64,000 nucleotides of DNA from an uncultured Eubacteriales bacterium (GTDB lineage: Bacteria; Bacillota; Clostridia; Oscillospirales; Ruminococcaceae): assembly GCA_900319075.1 (NCBI GenBank), contig ONMZ01000004.1:2357-66356 (forward strand), written 5' to 3'. Made by a program: the position numbers and the translations under genes. The notes beneath the pieces are model-generated. The model was not told the DNA's origin and did not search any database. It worked only from the letters and a program-made list of their open reading frames with translations. Positions 38,738 through 48,584 of the stretch are shown here, one piece after another (position 1 is the stretch's first letter; each line of letters starts with the position of its first letter).

Positions 38738-40174
38738 ATGTTTAAAGTCGATTATAAAGATCTCAGTCTTTCTTTTAACGAATTTCACAATGTTAAGCGT
38801 GGCGATATGCCCCGGTACGGAGAATTCTGTCTGCTTGAGCTGAAAAACGGTGACTGCACCGCAGGGAGCTGGAATCCATCAGGGAAAGAGAGCGACACAG
38901 CAGGACATTTCACCCGTGGGACCGCTGACACCATCGATTCGGCGGAGGTGCAGAGGTGGCACTCTCTGGATCGCTATGACCTGACTGAGATCCTTGAAAC
39001 GGAAGAGATCAACTGGATAAATCTCGGAGCGGAAAACCCAGACTGCCCCGGTGTTGTATTTGAAGGCTTCAAATCCTTTGCCGACAGGAAAAAACCGAAA
39101 GAGGAACAGTACTGTCTTTTGATAATGAAGGACGGAGGCTTGGCGGCAGGCAGATGGAACAAGTGGCGGCACGAAGCGGGAGGATCTTTTATCTACGCAC
39201 CTGCGCTGTCAAGCCACAGCTGGGATAAGGTGTGGGCGTGGACGCCCCTCAGCATTGATCCGTTTTTTGCAATGGAGATAGAACGGGAGAAAGAAAAAAA
39301 GCTGGAAAAGAAGCTCAACAAGAATCCTTCGGCAGATCCCGAACTTTTCAAATACGGGATGGATATCAACGTTTATTACGAAAAAGCGCTGGAAAAACTC
39401 CGTGAGGAGTTTTACTGGGCGACACTTACGATGATGAAAAAATGCACACCCGTGTGGCAGATCGCACCTTTGCACGGCAAATATGTTTTCGGTCAGATCA
39501 GCAAGAACTACTGTGACGACTCGGATATAGTGACTCCCTGGACACAGGGTACGACCGCAGACGAATTTATTGATTTTTTGTGCGAATATACGCACGATAC
39601 GGTCAAAAACTCGAACCCCGAAGAAAAATTCAAGCTGGGCACAGACATAAATGTTTATCTGGACAAGGCTTTCAACAGCGTCAAAAAGGACTATCGCTGG
39701 CTGGATAAAAAGATGCTCGCCAAGAGTTGGCAGTATGATATACAGCGTGTTGACGGCGATCTGGAATTTGTAAGGAAGTACTGTAATGAAAGCGAGTATT
39801 CGGTATACGATGTGGAAAGTGCTGAACGTTTTATAGAATGCTTGGAATATGACTATCAGAGTGCGGCGCTCAGGGAGAATAAAACCGTGGCAAGCTATGC
39901 CCCTGAATTCGGGCATATCAGTATTTACGGCTGGAATCTTGAGAGTTATGTTTTTTATAAGCTTGAATCGGGCGACTACAAGGTGAGCGTAACTGCCGGA
40001 GACCGCACTGCCGGCGGCAGCAGGGAATTTTTCATAACACCGTACTGCTTTGAAGCAAAGACGTATGAGCAGTTCCTTGAGCGCTATCTTGAGATAGTTC
40101 CGGAAAACTCGTTCGGTCTGGGGAAAAAAGAGCTTCTTCCCAATGAGGAACTGAAGAAATTTCTCGGATATTGA
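38738..40174 (+). CDS. Hypothetical protein with two pairs of internal repeats
   Basis: AAAGGAG SD; 478 aa; repeats described in findings. Confidence 0.8.
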   Translation: MFKVDYKDLSLSFNEFHNVKRGDMPRYGEFCLLELKNGDCTAGSWNPSGKESDTAGHFTRGTADTIDSAEVQRWHSLDRYDLTEILETEEINWINLGAENPDCPGVVFEGFKSFADRKKPKEEQYCLLIMKDGGLAAGRWNKWRHEAGGSFIYAPALSSHSWDKVWAWTPLSIDPFFAMEIEREKEKKLEKKLNKNPSADPELFKYGMDINVYYEKALEKLREEFYWATLTMMKKCTPVWQIAPLHGKYVFGQISKNYCDDSDIVTPWTQGTTADEFIDFLCEYTHDTVKNSNPEEKFKLGTDINVYLDKAFNSVKKDYRWLDKKMLAKSWQYDIQRVDGDLEFVRKYCNESEYSVYDVESAERFIECLEYDYQSAALRENKTVASYAPEFGHISIYGWNLESYVFYKLESGDYKVSVTAGDRTAGGSREFFITPYCFEAKTYEQFLERYLEIVPENSFGLGKKELLPNEELKKFLGY

Positions 40175-40198
40175 CAATACAGCAAAGGAATAGATACT

Positions 40199-41032
40199 AT
40201 GGGAACTTTATATGTAGTCGGCACGCCCATAGGCAACCTGGGAGATATGACATACAGGGCGGTAGAGACACTTGAAAAGGTGGATTTTATCTGCGCTGAG
40301 GACACCAGGGTGAGTGCCAAGCTGCTGAATTACTTTGAAATAAAAACGCCCCTTGTGAGCTATCACGAGCACAACGCTGCACAGGTTGGGGAAAGCATCT
40401 GTGACAGGATAGCCGCAGGCGAAAACGCTGCGATAATTACCGATGCAGGAATGCCGTGTATCTCGGATCCGGGTGAACTGCTGGTAAGAATGTGTTATGA
40501 CAGGGGAATAAAAGTCCGGGTCGTGCCCGGTCCCAGCGCAGTTATATCGGGGCTTGCCATAAGCGGACTTGGCACAAAGAATTTTCAGTTTGAAGGATTT
40601 TTGTCGGTGAATAAAAAACAGCGTCAGGAGCATCTTGCGGCGGTTAGAAATTCAACTCGCACCCTTGTTTTCTACGAAGCTCCCCACAAGCTTTTAAGCA
40701 CCCTTGAGGATATGCTGAAGTTTTTTGGTGACAGGAAAATATCCCTTTGCAGGGAGCTGACCAAGCTGCACGAGGAGGTCATATGTACAACACTTGCCGA
40801 GGCTGCGGATATGTACAGGACCGTCAAGCCAAAGGGCGAATTTGTGCTGGTGATCCAGGGTGCGAGAGAGTCGGAGCTTGTTAAGGCGGAAACTATCGAC
40901 GAGGCACTGGTGCAGGTCAGAGCGCTGATGAAAAACGGGATGCGTGGCGCTGATGCCTGCAAGGAGATAGCCAAGGCAACAGGGTTTTCAAAGGCTGAGC
41001 TTTATGCAAAATTGCTTGAAGAGAGGGAATAA
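40199..41032 (+). CDS. rsmI: 16S rRNA C1402 2'-O-methyltransferase
   Basis: LYVVGTPIGNLGD, AEDTR, DAGMPCISDPG, FYEAPH, RELTKLHEE, KGEFV. Confidence 0.96.
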   Translation: MGTLYVVGTPIGNLGDMTYRAVETLEKVDFICAEDTRVSAKLLNYFEIKTPLVSYHEHNAAQVGESICDRIAAGENAAIITDAGMPCISDPGELLVRMCYDRGIKVRVVPGPSAVISGLAISGLGTKNFQFEGFLSVNKKQRQEHLAAVRNSTRTLVFYEAPHKLLSTLEDMLKFFGDRKISLCRELTKLHEEVICTTLAEAADMYRTVKPKGEFVLVIQGARESELVKAETIDEALVQVRALMKNGMRGADACKEIAKATGFSKAELYAKLLEERE

Positions 41033-41038
41033 AGGCAA

Positions 41039-41740
41039 ATGAAGATAAAAGACTTTTTTTTGATGACACCAAAGAGATTCAAAAGGATAATGAAGGAACA
41101 ATTTGCAAAGCCTGACGGCGTTGCCGGAGATTTTTTTACCCTTGCTATGAACGTTATAAACTTTAAGCTTTATAACGCAGTTTATAATTTTGTGGGAAAG
41201 CAGGAAGGATCGAAGATCCTTGATGTCGGTTTCGGCAACGGGGATATGCTCAAAAGGCTGGATGAAAAGCTGGACAATGTGAAGCTGTACGGTGTGGATA
41301 TTTCCGACCATATGGTGGTGGTCGCCACAAGCGTTAATCAGGAGGCTGTGGATAAGGACAGAATGGTCCTGCAAAACGCATCGGTGGAGGATCTGCCCTA
41401 CGACGACGGTGTTTTTGACACGGTGTATACCATAAACACCATATACTTCTGGCAGGACAGAGATAAAGCATTCAGCGAGATATTAAGGGTGCTGAAGCCG
41501 GGAGGACGTTTTGTCTGTGCCTTTTACAGCAGAGAATACTTTGAAAGAAAAAAACAGTATATGTCTGAGGATGAGACCTATTATTCCCCCAGAGAGCTGA
41601 GAGATGCTGTAAGCGCAGCGGGCTTTGAAAGCCCTAAAATAAAAGTGGTTGACAGCAAGAAAAATATGTATTGCCTCGTGTGCGAAAAAAAGGGGAATGA
41701 TGCCGATGCAGATAACGGCCATGGACAAGAGCAGCTATAA
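41039..41740 (+). CDS. Class I SAM-dependent methyltransferase
   Basis: QFAKP.G, ILDVGFGNG, GVDIS, LPY.D..FD, NTIYFW, RVLKPGG. Confidence 0.9.
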   Translation: MKIKDFFLMTPKRFKRIMKEQFAKPDGVAGDFFTLAMNVINFKLYNAVYNFVGKQEGSKILDVGFGNGDMLKRLDEKLDNVKLYGVDISDHMVVVATSVNQEAVDKDRMVLQNASVEDLPYDDGVFDTVYTINTIYFWQDRDKAFSEILRVLKPGGRFVCAFYSREYFERKKQYMSEDETYYSPRELRDAVSAAGFESPKIKVVDSKKNMYCLVCEKKGNDADADNGHGQEQL

Positions 41741-42146
41741 GGACGCTGCGGCAATAATGGCACAGTGCCTCTCACATCCCTGGAGCGAAAAGGTCTTGTT
41801 TCAGGAGCTTTCAAACCCCAATGCACATTCTTATGTGGCATTTGAAAACGGCGAAGCAGCAGGCTTTCTCAGCGTGTGGGAGGTTTGCGGCGAGGTGAGC
41901 ATAAACAATATCGCCGTGGTGGAAAAGTTCCGCCGAAGGGGGATAGCAAAAGCCCTGATGGAGCATATGTTCACAGAGCTTTGTAACGCTGTGAGCGCAA
42001 CCCTTGAGGTGAGAAGGTCAAATGATGCAGCTGCTGCGCTGTACGGATCCCTCGGCTTTAAGCGGGTGGGAGAGCGAAAGGATTTTTATTCCCGGCCCAC
42101 AGAGGATGCCATTCTTATGACAAAATATCTGAACGGAGAAAAATAA
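41706..42146 (+). CDS. rimI: Ribosomal protein alanine N-acetyltransferase
   Basis: PWS, NIAV...RRRGIA, LEVRRSN.AA..LY...GF..VGERK.FY..PTEDAILM; start uncertain (41697/41700/41706). Confidence 0.88.
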   Translation: MQITAMDKSSYKDAAAIMAQCLSHPWSEKVLFQELSNPNAHSYVAFENGEAAGFLSVWEVCGEVSINNIAVVEKFRRRGIAKALMEHMFTELCNAVSATLEVRRSNDAAAALYGSLGFKRVGERKDFYSRPTEDAILMTKYLNGEK

Positions 42147-42868
42147 TGGAGTATACCGACCTTACATTTGAGGATCTGGGCAAGGGCTACAAGGTGTGCA
42201 TTTCCACCGAACACCGATTCGGCACAGATGCCTTCCTGCTTGCGGATTTTGCAAGGCCAAGGCATAAGGATACTGTCTGCGATTTGTGTACAGGCTGCGG
42301 GATAATCGCAATGATAATGCGTCGCAATTTTCAGCCCAAAAAGATATATGCAGTGGAATTGCAGCAAAAGGCGTATGACCAGCTCAGGCTTTCCATAGAA
42401 AAATCGGGAGCAGATGAGAATACGTTTGCGGTGCTTGGCGATCTGAAAGAGTGGAAAAGCTCTGAACCGATAGATGTTATCACCTGTAATCCCCCTTACA
42501 AGATAAGCGGAACGGGAGCGAAAAATAATAGTCATGCGGTGTCCATCGCACGCCATGAGATAGAATGTACCGTTGATGATGTGTGTGCAGCGGCGGCTAA
42601 AAACCTCCGTTTCGGGGGACGGCTGTGCATATGCAACAGACCCGAAAGACTCAGCGATATAATTACCGCCATGCGTGCAAACGGCATTGAGCCAAAGCGT
42701 TTACGCACCGTCCACAAAAACCCCGACTGTGCGCCGTGGCTGATACTTGTGGAGGGGCACAAGGGCGGAAATAATTTTATACAGATAGAAAAGCCTTTGT
42801 TCGTCAGAACAAAGGACGGGGGTATCTCCGAGGAGATGCAGGGCATTTACACCGCAGAGATACGATAA
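42146..42868 (+). CDS. tRNA1(Val) A37 N6-methyltransferase-like (YabB/TrmN6)
   Basis: FGTDAFLLA.F, DLCTGCG, NPPY, ARHE, RPERL, EPKRL. Confidence 0.88.
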   Translation: MEYTDLTFEDLGKGYKVCISTEHRFGTDAFLLADFARPRHKDTVCDLCTGCGIIAMIMRRNFQPKKIYAVELQQKAYDQLRLSIEKSGADENTFAVLGDLKEWKSSEPIDVITCNPPYKISGTGAKNNSHAVSIARHEIECTVDDVCAAAAKNLRFGGRLCICNRPERLSDIITAMRANGIEPKRLRTVHKNPDCAPWLILVEGHKGGNNFIQIEKPLFVRTKDGGISEEMQGIYTAEIR

Positions 42869-42920
42869 CGGCTTTTCGTCCCGGAGAAATGATTTTAGTA
42901 TAACGTTAGGACTGATAGAT

Positions 42921-43931
42921 ATGAAGATACTTGGAATAGAAAGCTCCTGTGATGAGACTGCCTGCTCGGTGGTGCAGGACGGCAAGACGGTGCTTTCAAA
43001 CATCGTTGCCAGCCAGATAGACGAGCATAGGCTGTACGGCGGAGTTGTGCCGGAGATAGCATCACGCCGCCACGCCGAGAACATCGGCTGGGTGACGAGA
43101 AAGGCCCTTGAAAAGGCAGAGTGCACCCTTGACGACATTGATGCCGTTGCGGTCACCTACGCCCCGGGGCTTATTGGTGCGCTTCTGGTAGGTGTAAGCT
43201 TTGCAAAGGGGCTTGCGATGAGCGCAAAAAAACCGCTCGTTCCCGTGCATCACATAGCAGGGCATATCGCAGCAAACTATATCTCGCACCCCGATCTGAA
43301 ACCGCCTTATCTGTGCCTTGTGGTATCGGGGGGACATTCTCATATCGTTGAGGTGCTTGACTATACAAAATACCATGTTATCGGGCGCACCCGTGACGAT
43401 GCGGCAGGAGAGTGTTTTGACAAGGTGGCAAGGACCCTTGGATATGAATACCCCGGGGGAAAGTTTATCGACGCTGCGGCAAAAAAGGGAAACGATAAAG
43501 CCTTTGATCTGCCCCACCCGAAGGTACAGGGAAGCGAGTATGACTTCTCGTTTTCGGGACTTAAAACAGCTGTGATAAACCTTGTGCATAATTCTCAGCA
43601 AAAGGGGATCGAAATAAACCGAGAGGATATGGCGGCATCTTTCCAGAAAACTATCGGGGAAATATTGTGCAAAAAAACCATGCTTGCCGCAAAGGATCTG
43701 GGGCACAAGACCATTGCTGTTGCAGGCGGTGTGTCGGCAAATTCCGTCGTGCGTGAGATGATGAGCGAGCAGTGTGCAAAGCGTGGGTATGAGCTGTTTC
43801 TTCCCGAGCTGAAATACTGCGGCGACAACGGCGCAATGATAGCCTGCCAGGGGTATTACGATTTTCTTGCAGGTAAGCGTGGGGATATGAGCCTTAATGC
43901 AGTTGCGACCATGAGCCTTGAAAATCTCTGA
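42921..43931 (+). CDS. tsaD: tRNA t6A37 threonylcarbamoyltransferase
   Basis: LGIESSCDET, GGVVPEIASR.H, HHIAGH, SGGHS, DDAAGE.FDK, FSFSGLKT, DNGAMIA. Confidence 0.97.
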   Translation: MKILGIESSCDETACSVVQDGKTVLSNIVASQIDEHRLYGGVVPEIASRRHAENIGWVTRKALEKAECTLDDIDAVAVTYAPGLIGALLVGVSFAKGLAMSAKKPLVPVHHIAGHIAANYISHPDLKPPYLCLVVSGGHSHIVEVLDYTKYHVIGRTRDDAAGECFDKVARTLGYEYPGGKFIDAAAKKGNDKAFDLPHPKVQGSEYDFSFSGLKTAVINLVHNSQQKGIEINREDMAASFQKTIGEILCKKTMLAAKDLGHKTIAVAGGVSANSVVREMMSEQCAKRGYELFLPELKYCGDNGAMIACQGYYDFLAGKRGDMSLNAVATMSLENL

Positions 43932-44137
43932 ACGGTTTGTTCGGAGAATAATTGGGGAAAACCCTTTTGGAGAAGGGTTGATCCCCAAACCCCTTTCCTA
44001 AACCTCTTAATGCAATTCGAGGATATGGGGAAGAACCCCATATCCCCGAATTGTACTGAAAGTCTAAGAGAGAGTTCAGAGAATAGCACTTCCAAGAGGA
44101 TACTCTCAATTATTCAGCGGACAGACTGTTCAAAAAT
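43924..44137. repeat. REPIN-like long imperfect palindrome (copy B)
   Basis: Central ~20-bp stem 44011-44055; REP-like hairpin 43952-43988; 44108-44137 matches the reverse complement of 43924-43953 at 23/30. Confidence 0.8.
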
Positions 44138-44161
44138 ACCAAGAAACAGGAGCATACACTT

Positions 44162-46705
44162 ATGGTTTTACTTGCAATAGACGGAAACAGCATAATGAAC
44201 AGAGCCTTTTACGGCATTAAAGCCCTTGCCAACTCAAAGGGGCAGTTTACCAATGCCATAACAGGGTTTATGAATATATATCTTAAAGAGCTTTCGCAGG
44301 TCCAGCCTGACTGCGTCGCTGTGGCTTTTGACCTTAAAGCACCCACCTTCCGCCACAAGGCAAATGCAGACTATAAGGCGAACAGAAAAGGTATGCCTGC
44401 CGAGCTTGCCCAGCAGATGCCGGTCATAAAAGAACTTTTGACGGACATCGGCGTTAAGATAGTTGAGTGCCAGGGCTACGAGGCGGACGATATCCTGGGG
44501 ACCCTGTCAAAGGCGTGTGCAGACAGCGGAAACGAATGCTTTATCCTTACCGGCGACAGGGACAGCTTCCAGCTGGTGTCGGACAGGGTAACGGTACGCC
44601 TTGCCGGAACAAAGGAAACAAAGATATATACTCCCGAAAGGATAATGGAGGAATACGGAGTAAAGCCCAGACAGATGATAGAGGTCAAGGCGCTTATGGG
44701 AGATCCCTCGGATAATATAAAGGGAGTTGCAGGCATAGGCGAGAAAACCGCTCTGAGCCTTATACAGCAGCTGGGAAGCGTTGATGAGCTGTATGAAAAG
44801 CTTGGGCAGATCAAGCTTACACCATCGGTGAGAACTAAGCTTGAAAGCGGACATAAAGACGCCCTTGACAGCAGGTTTCTTGCGGAGATATTCCTTGAGG
44901 TCCCCATTGACACAAACATTGAAAATTACAAGCTCACCGGGGGGGACAAGGAAAAGACCGGTGAACTTCTGGCAGGGCTTGAGATGTTCAAGCTGATGGA
45001 AAGGCTTGGTGCAAACAGCCGGGGAGCACCGGCAGAGCCGGAGAAAAAGCTGAAGCTTTCACAGCTTGAAAAAATAGAATGTGCAGAGCTGGACAAAAGC
45101 TGCATCGGGATCTTTGAAAAAGAAAAAAGAGTAGGTGTACAGCTTAAAGACGATACGCTGAAGGTCCTTTGTAATAATACAGTGTATGTTACAAATGACC
45201 CCGGGCTTATAACGGCGGTGCTTGGATCCGGGTGCGTAAAGGGAGCGTTTGAAGGCAAGAGCCTGCATATGTTTGCTCTTGCACATGACACACAGGTGAA
45301 AGAGCTGGTATTTTGCTGTGACCTTGCAGGGTATCTTTTAAACTCACAGTCAAGCGATTATACCGTGGAGAACCTCTGCCTTGCATACAAGGTGACCTAC
45401 CGCAGTGACTGTGGTGAAAACGCAGATATTGCCAGCCTTCCGGGACTGTGGGAAAACCTTGAAGGGCAGCTGGAGCAGACAGGGATGACAGAGCTTTTCA
45501 AGGATATCGAGCTGCCCCTTTGCCAGGTGCTGGCATCTATGGAGTTTTACGGGGTAAAGGCTGATGTTGAGGGAATAAAAGCGTTTGGCGAGGAACTCAA
45601 AAGCAAGATATCCCAGCTTACAGGCCGGATATATGAGTATGCCGGTGAGGAGTTCAATATCGCATCAACAAAACAGCTTGGAAGGATACTCTTTGAAAAG
45701 CTGGAACTGCCTGCCAAGAAAAAGACAAAAAGCGGATATTCCACCGGTGCAGAGGTGCTGGAATCTTTGTCGGATAAACACCCCATAATACCGCTGATAC
45801 TTGAATACCGCACCCTCACCAAGCTGGATTCCACATACGTTGAGGGACTGCTCAAACAGATAGGAAAGGACGGACGTGTCCACTCGGTTTTCAAACAGAC
45901 TGAAACAAGGACAGGACGTATATCCTCGGCAGAGCCTAATATGCAGAATATCCCCGTTCGCAAGGAGATCGGACGGAATATGCGTAAGTTTTTTGTGGCA
46001 AAAGACGGCTATGAGCTTGTGGATGCGGACTATTCCCAGATAGAGCTTCGTGTGCTTGCCTGTGTGTGCGGCGACGAAAATATGCAGCAGGCATTTCTCA
46101 GCGGAAAGGATATCCACCGCTCAACGGCTGCACAGGTCTTTGATCTGCCCGAGGATTTTGTAAGCGACGAGATGAGGCGTGCGGCAAAAGCAGTCAACTT
46201 CGGTATAATCTACGGCATCGGCCCGTTCTCTCTTTCAAAGGATATAGGTGTTTCCGTGGCGGAGGCAAAGCAGTACATCAAAAACTATCTCGCCAATTAT
46301 CCCAAGGTGTCGCAGTTTATGGACAAGACCGTTCAGGACGGCATATCAAACGGATATGTCACCACCATTTTCGGCAGGCGCAGATATATCCCGGAGCTTC
46401 ATGCGTCAAATAAAAATGTGCAGGAGTTCGGAAAAAGAGCAGCTATGAACGCCCCTATACAGGGTGCTGCGGCGGATATAATCAAGCTTGCAATGGTCAG
46501 GGTGTTCAAAAGGATCCAAAAGGAAAAGCTTGATGCACGGCTTATATTGCAAGTCCATGACGAACTTATAATAGAGGTATCGCAGGAAGATAAGACCAAG
46601 GCTGAAAAGCTCCTTAAAGAGGAAATGGAAGGTGCGGTAAGGCTTGCTGTGCCCTTTACCGCAGATGTACACAGCGGGCATAGCTGGTACGATGCAAAGG
46701 GCTGA
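44162..46705 (+). CDS. polA: DNA polymerase I
   Basis: 5' nuclease (IDGNS, YEADD, LMGD.SDNI.G..GIGEKTA); TGRISS..PNMQNIP, DYSQIELR, AKAVNFGIIYG, QVHDEL. Confidence 0.98.
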   Translation: MVLLAIDGNSIMNRAFYGIKALANSKGQFTNAITGFMNIYLKELSQVQPDCVAVAFDLKAPTFRHKANADYKANRKGMPAELAQQMPVIKELLTDIGVKIVECQGYEADDILGTLSKACADSGNECFILTGDRDSFQLVSDRVTVRLAGTKETKIYTPERIMEEYGVKPRQMIEVKALMGDPSDNIKGVAGIGEKTALSLIQQLGSVDELYEKLGQIKLTPSVRTKLESGHKDALDSRFLAEIFLEVPIDTNIENYKLTGGDKEKTGELLAGLEMFKLMERLGANSRGAPAEPEKKLKLSQLEKIECAELDKSCIGIFEKEKRVGVQLKDDTLKVLCNNTVYVTNDPGLITAVLGSGCVKGAFEGKSLHMFALAHDTQVKELVFCCDLAGYLLNSQSSDYTVENLCLAYKVTYRSDCGENADIASLPGLWENLEGQLEQTGMTELFKDIELPLCQVLASMEFYGVKADVEGIKAFGEELKSKISQLTGRIYEYAGEEFNIASTKQLGRILFEKLELPAKKKTKSGYSTGAEVLESLSDKHPIIPLILEYRTLTKLDSTYVEGLLKQIGKDGRVHSVFKQTETRTGRISSAEPNMQNIPVRKEIGRNMRKFFVAKDGYELVDADYSQIELRVLACVCGDENMQQAFLSGKDIHRSTAAQVFDLPEDFVSDEMRRAAKAVNFGIIYGIGPFSLSKDIGVSVAEAKQYIKNYLANYPKVSQFMDKTVQDGISNGYVTTIFGRRRYIPELHASNKNVQEFGKRAAMNAPIQGAAADIIKLAMVRVFKRIQKEKLDARLILQVHDELIIEVSQEDKTKAEKLLKEEMEGAVRLAVPFTADVHSGHSWYDAKG

Positions 46706-46746
46706 TCTTTTAAAGGATACAGACGGAAAAATCACGCAAAAAGAGG

Positions 46747-47571
46747 GTGAAGAGATTGTTGGAGATCGCCAATGAAGATTTTGTAAAGCTTGTAAAGTTT
46801 ATTAAAGACCGCTATGGGCTTAATCTTGAGGACAGAAAAATATTGGTGGAGAGCCGCCTGAGCAACTATGTTCTTGACTGCGGATTTGACAATTTTTCCG
46901 ACTATCTCAGGCTTGTCTATAACGACTCAACTCAGCGTGAAGTGGCAAATATGATAAACAGGCTCACCACCAACCACACGTATTTTATGCGTGAGACCGC
47001 TCACTTTCAGCATATGATGGGCATTTTTCTGCCATACGCCGAAAAGAACGTAAAGGATAAGACCTTGAGTATATGGAGCGCAGGCTGTTCCTACGGCAAC
47101 GAGCCGTATAATATAGCCATGTGCCTTGACGAGTATTTCGGCGCACAAAAAAAACAGTGGGATCTGAAGATACTTGCCACCGATATTTCATATAATGCTC
47201 TCAAGAGCGCATCAAACGGAGTTTTCTCTCCCGCCGCCATTGAGAATGTTCCGGACAGATGGCGTGAAAAGTATTTTACACATACTCAGTTCGGAGACTA
47301 TAAGGTAATAGACGAGATACGCAGCAACGTGGTGTTCAGATACCATAATCTTATGGATGACATTGTCTTTAAGAGAAAGTTCCACCTTATTTTCTGCCGC
47401 AATGTTATGATATATTTCAACGACGAGGCAAGAGCAAAGCTGTGTAAAAAGTTTTACGACGCCACCGAACCGGGAGGGTATCTTTACACGGGCCATGCCG
47501 AGAGTATACCTGCGGATATGCCTTACAAGCGCATATCCACCGCCATTTACAGAAAGGTGGTGCAGGGATGA
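46747..47571 (+). CDS. cheR: Chemotaxis methyltransferase
   Basis: TTNHTYFMRE, IWSAGCS.G.EPY, ATDIS, IFCRNVMIYF, GHAES. Confidence 0.93.
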   Translation: MKRLLEIANEDFVKLVKFIKDRYGLNLEDRKILVESRLSNYVLDCGFDNFSDYLRLVYNDSTQREVANMINRLTTNHTYFMRETAHFQHMMGIFLPYAEKNVKDKTLSIWSAGCSYGNEPYNIAMCLDEYFGAQKKQWDLKILATDISYNALKSASNGVFSPAAIENVPDRWREKYFTHTQFGDYKVIDEIRSNVVFRYHNLMDDIVFKRKFHLIFCRNVMIYFNDEARAKLCKKFYDATEPGGYLYTGHAESIPADMPYKRISTAIYRKVVQG

Positions 47572-48584
47572 TAAAGGAAAAAGGGAAAATACTTATTATT
47601 GCCGATGACCAGCGTTTTACGTCAGACATACAGGAGCTGGTAAAAAAGAACTCCGGCTCTGAGCTTGTGATGGACACCTGCCTTCTGCCCCAGGGCAAAA
47701 ACGCCGTCAAGGAGACCATGCCTGATGTTATAATCCTGGACGGGGACAGGCATTCAAAAGAAAAAACAGCAGAGTATATACGCAACCTTATGCCCAAGTA
47801 TTCAAGACCGCTTATTGTGTGTACGGTAAAGCATAATTCAAATTACGGCTTTATGAGTGCAGGTGCATCGGATGTTGTGATGAAGCAGGAGGACAGCGAG
47901 CTGTTTTCCCTGAGGCTTTGTTCAAGCCTTGAAAGGCTCCTGAAAAAGGGATCTGCTGCAAACGCTGTCCCTATCCGCCATCTCGGAAACAGGCTTGGAA
48001 AGATAGTTGCCATCGGCGGCTCCACAGGAAGCACACAGGCGCTGCCGGTGATACTTGAAGGGTTAAAGGGGGAAATGCCTCCGATCGTGGCGGTGCTGCA
48101 TATGCCAAGGGAGTACACCCGGATATATGCTCAGCAGCTTGACAAGACCACTCGTTTTGAGGTTGTGGAAGCGCACAGCGGACTGTATTTGAAAAACAAC
48201 ATGGTGGTCATTGCAAAAGGCGGAGAACATCTCAGAGTTTTCAGCGATAAGGAAGGCTACTTTGTTACCTCCGAGGAGGGCATAAAGGTCTCGGGTCATT
48301 GCCCTTCTGTGGACGTGCTTTTTGACTCGGCGGCTTACTGCGGAAAGAAAAACGCCTTGGGCGTGATCCTGACCGGAATGGGCTCGGACGGTGCCGCAGG
48401 TCTTCTCAACATGAGGAAAATGGGGGCTGTGACACTGGGACAGAGCCGTGAAGGCTGCGTTGTTTACGGAATGCCCAGAGCTGCCTTTGAAAACGGCAGC
48501 GTAAAACGGCAGGTCAGCCTTGAAAGAATGGCTGGGGAGATCGAGCTGAGGCTTAAAACTATGGATAAGGAAGGTGAACGGTAA
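47568..48584 (+). CDS. cheB: Chemotaxis methylesterase with divergent receiver domain
   Basis: Catalytic Ser (GGSTG), His (LHMP), Asp (LTGMGSDG); PSVDVLF; VVYGMP. Confidence 0.9.
   Translation: MIKEKGKILIIADDQRFTSDIQELVKKNSGSELVMDTCLLPQGKNAVKETMPDVIILDGDRHSKEKTAEYIRNLMPKYSRPLIVCTVKHNSNYGFMSAGASDVVMKQEDSELFSLRLCSSLERLLKKGSAANAVPIRHLGNRLGKIVAIGGSTGSTQALPVILEGLKGEMPPIVAVLHMPREYTRIYAQQLDKTTRFEVVEAHSGLYLKNNMVVIAKGGEHLRVFSDKEGYFVTSEEGIKVSGHCPSVDVLFDSAAYCGKKNALGVILTGMGSDGAAGLLNMRKMGAVTLGQSREGCVVYGMPRAAFENGSVKRQVSLERMAGEIELRLKTMDKEGER

Noticed and set aside
43930-43942. GAAC-N5-GTTC upstream of polA as an SOS box
   Set aside because: Spacer is 5 rather than 4, and the sequence is part of the palindromic element arm.
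36940-43988. Long antisense ORFs (36940-37929, 39209-40177, 43062-43988)
   Set aside because: Shadow frames of well-supported + strand genes, with no motifs or SD.
44900-45500. Degenerate 3'-5' exonuclease region of PolA
   Set aside because: Normal for Firmicutes Pol I.
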